Assembly (NCBI GenBank): GCA_000388065.2
Contig: KB932201.1
Length of the DNA stretch: 64,000 nt
DNA from: Fonticula alba ATCC 38817
Taxonomy: Eukaryota > Protista > Nucleariida
Reading direction: 5' to 3' (one strand)
Positions 59,604 to 64,000 of this stretch are shown in pieces; the first letter of the stretch is position 1; every line of letters starts with the position of its first letter. The notes beneath the pieces are model-generated. The model had not been told where the DNA came from. It did not search any database and saw only the letters and a list, made by a program, of their open reading frames with translations. Made by a program: the position numbers and the translations under genes.

Positions 59604-61386
59604 GGTGGCAAGGGTGGACGTCTGGGGAATGGCGCGGGGCGCGGGCCGGCAGGGAGGACCAGAAAACAATACACACCGCCCGGGCGGACGACCTTCGGAA
59701 GGGAAGAGACACCACAGATACCCCGGGGGCACCTCCTAGCCGAAGGTGATCACCCTTCTCTCGGCACCTTCGAGGAAACCAGCAGCCACAGGAAAGCCCG
59801 GGCCCTCTGATGGGGGGGGGGGAAGATGGGACGCGGGCGGGCTCACGAGGCCGGGCCCCACCGCCACCTGCACCGAAGGAGCTGCTGCTGAACGTGGGGC
59901 ACACACAGGGACGAGGGGGGGCGGGGAGATTCCCGATTGGCTACCACATGTCGTGCGGAGACATCCCACAACCAAGATCACCCAAGCTATTTTCCCTGGG
60001 AGGCTCTGTACCTGGAGCCGTGTCTCATTTCTGGTGAAGGGTGGCGCGGCTCGGCCGCAGCGTCTGCGAAAACAGCTGCCCTTGCCCCCTCGACCGGGCC
60101 ACGCCGCTTGCGGCCGGCACGATCACCTCCGGCGCCAGCGAAATAGTCTAGGCATGAGAATGTGGTTCCGGGAAAATGAGCCCGGCGCCCGTCCTCTCCG
60201 GGGGGGACCGCCCTTCACGCTGTCCCCGCGCCCCTGGTTCCCCGCGCGCCTCTCATGGCGAGCTTGTCCGGACCCATCTCGGCGCCTGTCGGGAAGGCTC
60301 CAAACGTGTAGATGCGGCGCACGGCAAAGAGCACCGGGAATGGGCGTGTCCGTGGGCTAGGATGTAGGTGTGTGTGTGTGTGTGTGTGTCAGACTCCCTT
60401 GACCGCAGCGGGCCCACGACGCCCCTGCCCCCGCCCCCCCCCTGGCGTCGGGCCTCGGCTTGAGCCCCGCCCATTTCAAGGAAAGGCCGAGAGCCTGCTC
60501 TGAGAGGGGGAGGCTTCCGCATGGGGAACGCCCCGCAGCCCCTTCACGGCCCCTCAGCTCCTCGCATACTTGCAAACAACAGAGTGACGTTGTCCGTGCT
60601 CCCTTCCTCGCGGGGGAACGCCGCGCCCTGCAGCCAGGGGGCGGGGGGGAGAGGGACAGCGTGGAATATGGAGCCACGAGCAGACTCACGATCGCCACCG
60701 GTGACCTCGGGGGGCCGAAGCCCCCGGACCCCAGGGCACATGGCCATGTCCCAGCACACCAGGAAGCTCTCCCCCGACGGCGGAAATCCGGCACACATTT
60801 TCAAGCCCACACCAGCCCACACGAAGACACACGGCTCACTCACGCCCGGGTGGGGAGGGAAACTCCGAGCCTGGGCTACCCCGGCATGGGGCACCATGCG
60901 TCGCGGTCAACCGCGCGGGCTGGCAATTAAAGGACATTAGCCGAGCCGCAAGCAACTGACTGGCTCGGGGATATCGTCCCAGCGATACCGCGCCTGCCGG
61001 TGCGAAAAACGCCGAAGACCCCGGGGCCGGGCATGGCCCTCGCCGCTGCCAGCCACCACCGCCGCCGCCGCCGCCGCCTTACTCGGCTATTGTCAGAAGG
61101 GCGCGGCAGGGCGCGACCGTCGTGGAGGTGTCCGTGCGGACCACAATTGAACAAGTGCCAGTGGTTCTCCGGCGCGGACTGCCGCATCCGGCAGCGCATC
61201 GGCGCTCGGCAAACACGGTCGGGGCCCGCCACGCCGGGGGTCGCCCGCCTTCCCCTTCTCGCCCGGAGCCTCGGTCTAGCAATTCCCTTCGGCGAGCCGG
61301 GCTCCGAACAAACAGCGCAACTGCCGGGCCCGTTCTTTCGGCCCTGGCCCTCGCCATCGACACCCACGCTCACGGGGGCGAGCTCG

Positions 61387-61422
<36 letters not shown>

Positions 61423-62580
61423 NNNNNNNNNNNNNNNNNNNNNNNNNNNNNNNNNNNNNNNNNNNNNNNNNNNNNNNNNNNNNNNNNNNNNNNNNNNNNN
61501 NNNNNNNNNNNNNNNNNNNNNNNNNNNNNNNNNNNNNNNNNNNNNNNNNNNNNNNNNNNNNNNNNNNNNNNNNNNNNNNNNNNNNNNNNNNNNNNNNNNN
61601 NNNNNNNNNNNNNNNNNNNNNNNNNNNNNNNNNNNNNNNNNNNNNNNNNNNNNNNNNNNNNNNNNNNNNNNNNNNNNNNNNNNNNNNNNNNNNNNNNNNN
61701 NNNNNNNNNNNNNNNNNNNNNNNNNNNNNNNNNNNNNNNNNNNNNNNNNNNNNNNNNNNNNNNNNNNNNNNNNNNNNNNNNNNNNNNNNNNNNNNNNNNN
61801 NNNNNCCCCCCCCCCCCCCCCCCCCGCCCACCAGCTGGCCGTCCTCCCACGCCCCGGCCAGCTGGAAGCACTCTGGCCCACGTCCCCCTGGAGGCCGGAG
61901 TGTCAACTGTCCTCCAGCGCGGGATGGGCCTAGGATCCCGATGACGCGGTCCACACTTCCAGAAGAGGCAGGAGTGGCAAATTCACAACCTTCTTCCCCT
62001 TTCTTTTCCCTCCCTCGGGTCCTTTCCGTGGTGCTCTCTTTTTTTCTCTCTCCTGTTTGTGTCTTTTTCCCTCCCCCCCCCCCCCCCCCCGCCAGGCGGT
62101 AACTCCGCAGCTCGGGGCCCCGGGCGAACAGGTGGGGCACCCCCCGACGGTTGCGACCCCGCCGTGGTACGTGCGCCGGCACGTCGGCACCGGGCCGCCC
62201 ATAAAAATGACCCCTGGTGGCCCCTGCGCGCGCGCGCGCGCACGCCCAGCCGACCCTGCCCCGCCGCATGCTTTACCGTCGGCATTTCCGGGGGCCCGGG
62301 CAATGACCCTCCCTCGACCTCGCCCGAGCGCGCGTGCAGCCCGATCTCGGTTACTCGAGAGAATACTCAGTTAATGGATCCCGGGTGTGATATGTGGCGT
62401 GATCAACGGGCCCGCTCCACGATCTTGACCACGCTCTCGCCTCATTTCCGAGCGACAAATCGGAAAAACAAAAGACACTGGGCTGGACGCGCTTGCCTTT
62501 CCGAACACACATACACACACAGACATCCTCCCTCCCTTTTCCTCCCCCCCCCACTGCTCCTGCTCCTGCGATACATCGTC

Positions 62581-63203
62581 ATGAAGGGTCGCTTCACTCT
62601 CGACTCGCGAGATCACTTCTACCGCCAGGCCAAGGCCGAGCGCTGGCGGGCTCGGTCAGCCTTCAAGCTTCTTCAGATCGCCGAGCACTATCGGATCTTT
62701 GATGGTGCGATGCCTTCTCCCTGCCCTCTGCCTTTCTCTTTGCCACTTGGCTCCTCACTCACCGAGGCCTCTTCTCTTCTGCTCTTCAAGGTGTTACTCG
62801 GGCGGTGGACCTGTGCGCGGCCCCCGGGTCCTGGAGTCAAGTGTTGCGTCGTGAACTTTGGTATGGACGCGCGCCCCTCCCACGCATTCAGGATGATTCT
62901 TGCGCCGGGCCAAGGCACTTACATCTGCCCCTACCCCCCCCCCCCCCCCGCTCCCCCCATGCACACGCAACTCCAGCTCCGATGCGGCCATTGTCTCGAT
63001 TGATTTGCAGCCCATCGCTCCCCTGAAGGGCGTTCACTTGATCCAGGCAGACATCACCCACCCGGACACCATTCGCCAAGTGCATGAGGCCCTTAGTCGG
63101 CCGACGGATCCGACTCAGGCCGCCCCGATGGACGAAGACTCGGGGCCTACCGTGGCGGACAAGGGATTGGCCGATCTGGTTGTGTGTGACGGCGCGCCAG
63201 ATG
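62581..63203 (+). CDS. TRM7: tRNA (C32/G34-2'-O)-methyltransferase Trm7/FTSJ1, 5' part only
   Basis: [59 protein letters not shown] and [11 protein letters not shown]. The remaining exons are not found after the gap at 63309-63318. Confidence 0.9.
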
Positions 63204-63218
63204 GTGCGTCACCGCCTC

Positions 63219-63272
<54 letters not shown>

Positions 63273-64000
63273 TCCCTCTCTCTCTCCCTCTCCCTCTCTC
63301 TCTCTCTCNNNNNNNNNNCCGCCCGTGCCTTGCTCGCCACTTTTCCGGCGTCAACAGCGGAGGAAGGGTGCGGCCCTGAGGGGGGGGGGGGGGGGAAGGG
63401 GAGCCGGTCGGGGTCCAAACCCGAGCGGACATCAGCCAGTCAGCGAGCTGGAGGACGGGAGCACGCGCGGAAGATCGCCAACCAGCCCGAAAGCGTGCAG
63501 GTATCTGGCCCAACATGCTTTCTCGCCCCGCCCCCCGCCGTTCCCCGTCGCCGGTCCTCCATCCCCATCCCGAAGTGTGGCCGGGACACGGGCCGGCTGA
63601 ATGCCGGGCCTATCGCTGAGGGCGAGGCGCCTGTGGACTTTTCGGGTGTCATGCGCAAGAAGGGCAAGAGACCATCCCCGCTCGGGCGGGCCGCAAGCTG
63701 AACAGGGCAATCGGCCGAGTGTCGTGCCCGGCAACAGCCATCGGCGGGCACACGCGCACCCGCGGAGCCCCTGCCCAGGGAGAGAGGGGCGGAGACGAGC
63801 CCGGGAACACCCCAACCTCGGGCCTGGCCCGGCCCCAGCCAGCCGCCCCCCGGCCCGCACGAAGAGGAGGCCATCTGCACACCTCCAAGCCTCAGGCGGG
63901 GAAAGGGGGGGGGGGGGGGGGAGAGACCGCGCGGGGAAGACAGCATCCCTCCTTGCCCCGGGGCCACTTGGATAACCCTCGTTGGGGCTGGCCCTGAGGA

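Noticed and set aside
58600-62500. Unannotated genes or a transposon in the PEF/TRM7 spacer
   Set aside because: The ORFs are Pro/Arg/Gly-rich and cross gaps, with no reverse transcriptase, integrase or transposase motifs. The small hairpin at ~60940-60970 is too short to call.

Overview
GC-rich, intron-rich eukaryotic genomic DNA from a draft assembly, with many N gaps next to poly-C/G and dinucleotide tracts. The two-SDR (fungal-type) peroxisomal multifunctional enzyme together with animal-like genes (TACC, COA8, CWF19L1, a PRAS40-like protein) points to a unicellular opisthokont; a Fonticula-like holomycotan is my inference and is not verified. I traced 16 spliced protein-coding genes by motif recognition and GT-AG reading: TBCC(-), XRN2(+), NF-YC(+), an orphan helical-repeat protein(-), a TACC-domain protein(-), COA8-like(+), a MAP2K(-), CWF19L1(+), ATE1(+), FOX2/MFE2(-), BCKDHA(+), a PRAS40-like protein(-), ATG8(+), a penta-EF-hand protein(-) and a partial TRM7/FTSJ1(+), plus one uncertain small gene. 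No tRNA, rRNA, CRISPR array or transposase was recognised. The best leads are a PRAS40-like protein divergent from ATG8 and beside BCKDHA, an NF-YC whose histone fold is split by a poly-Ala insert and an AT-hook insert, a MAP2K with S-X5-S activation-loop spacing and large inserts, a pseudo-SDR domain in MFE2, a locus with mirror-image splice signals on both strands, and a strongly GTRCG-biased splice donor. All family comparisons are from memory; no searches were run.
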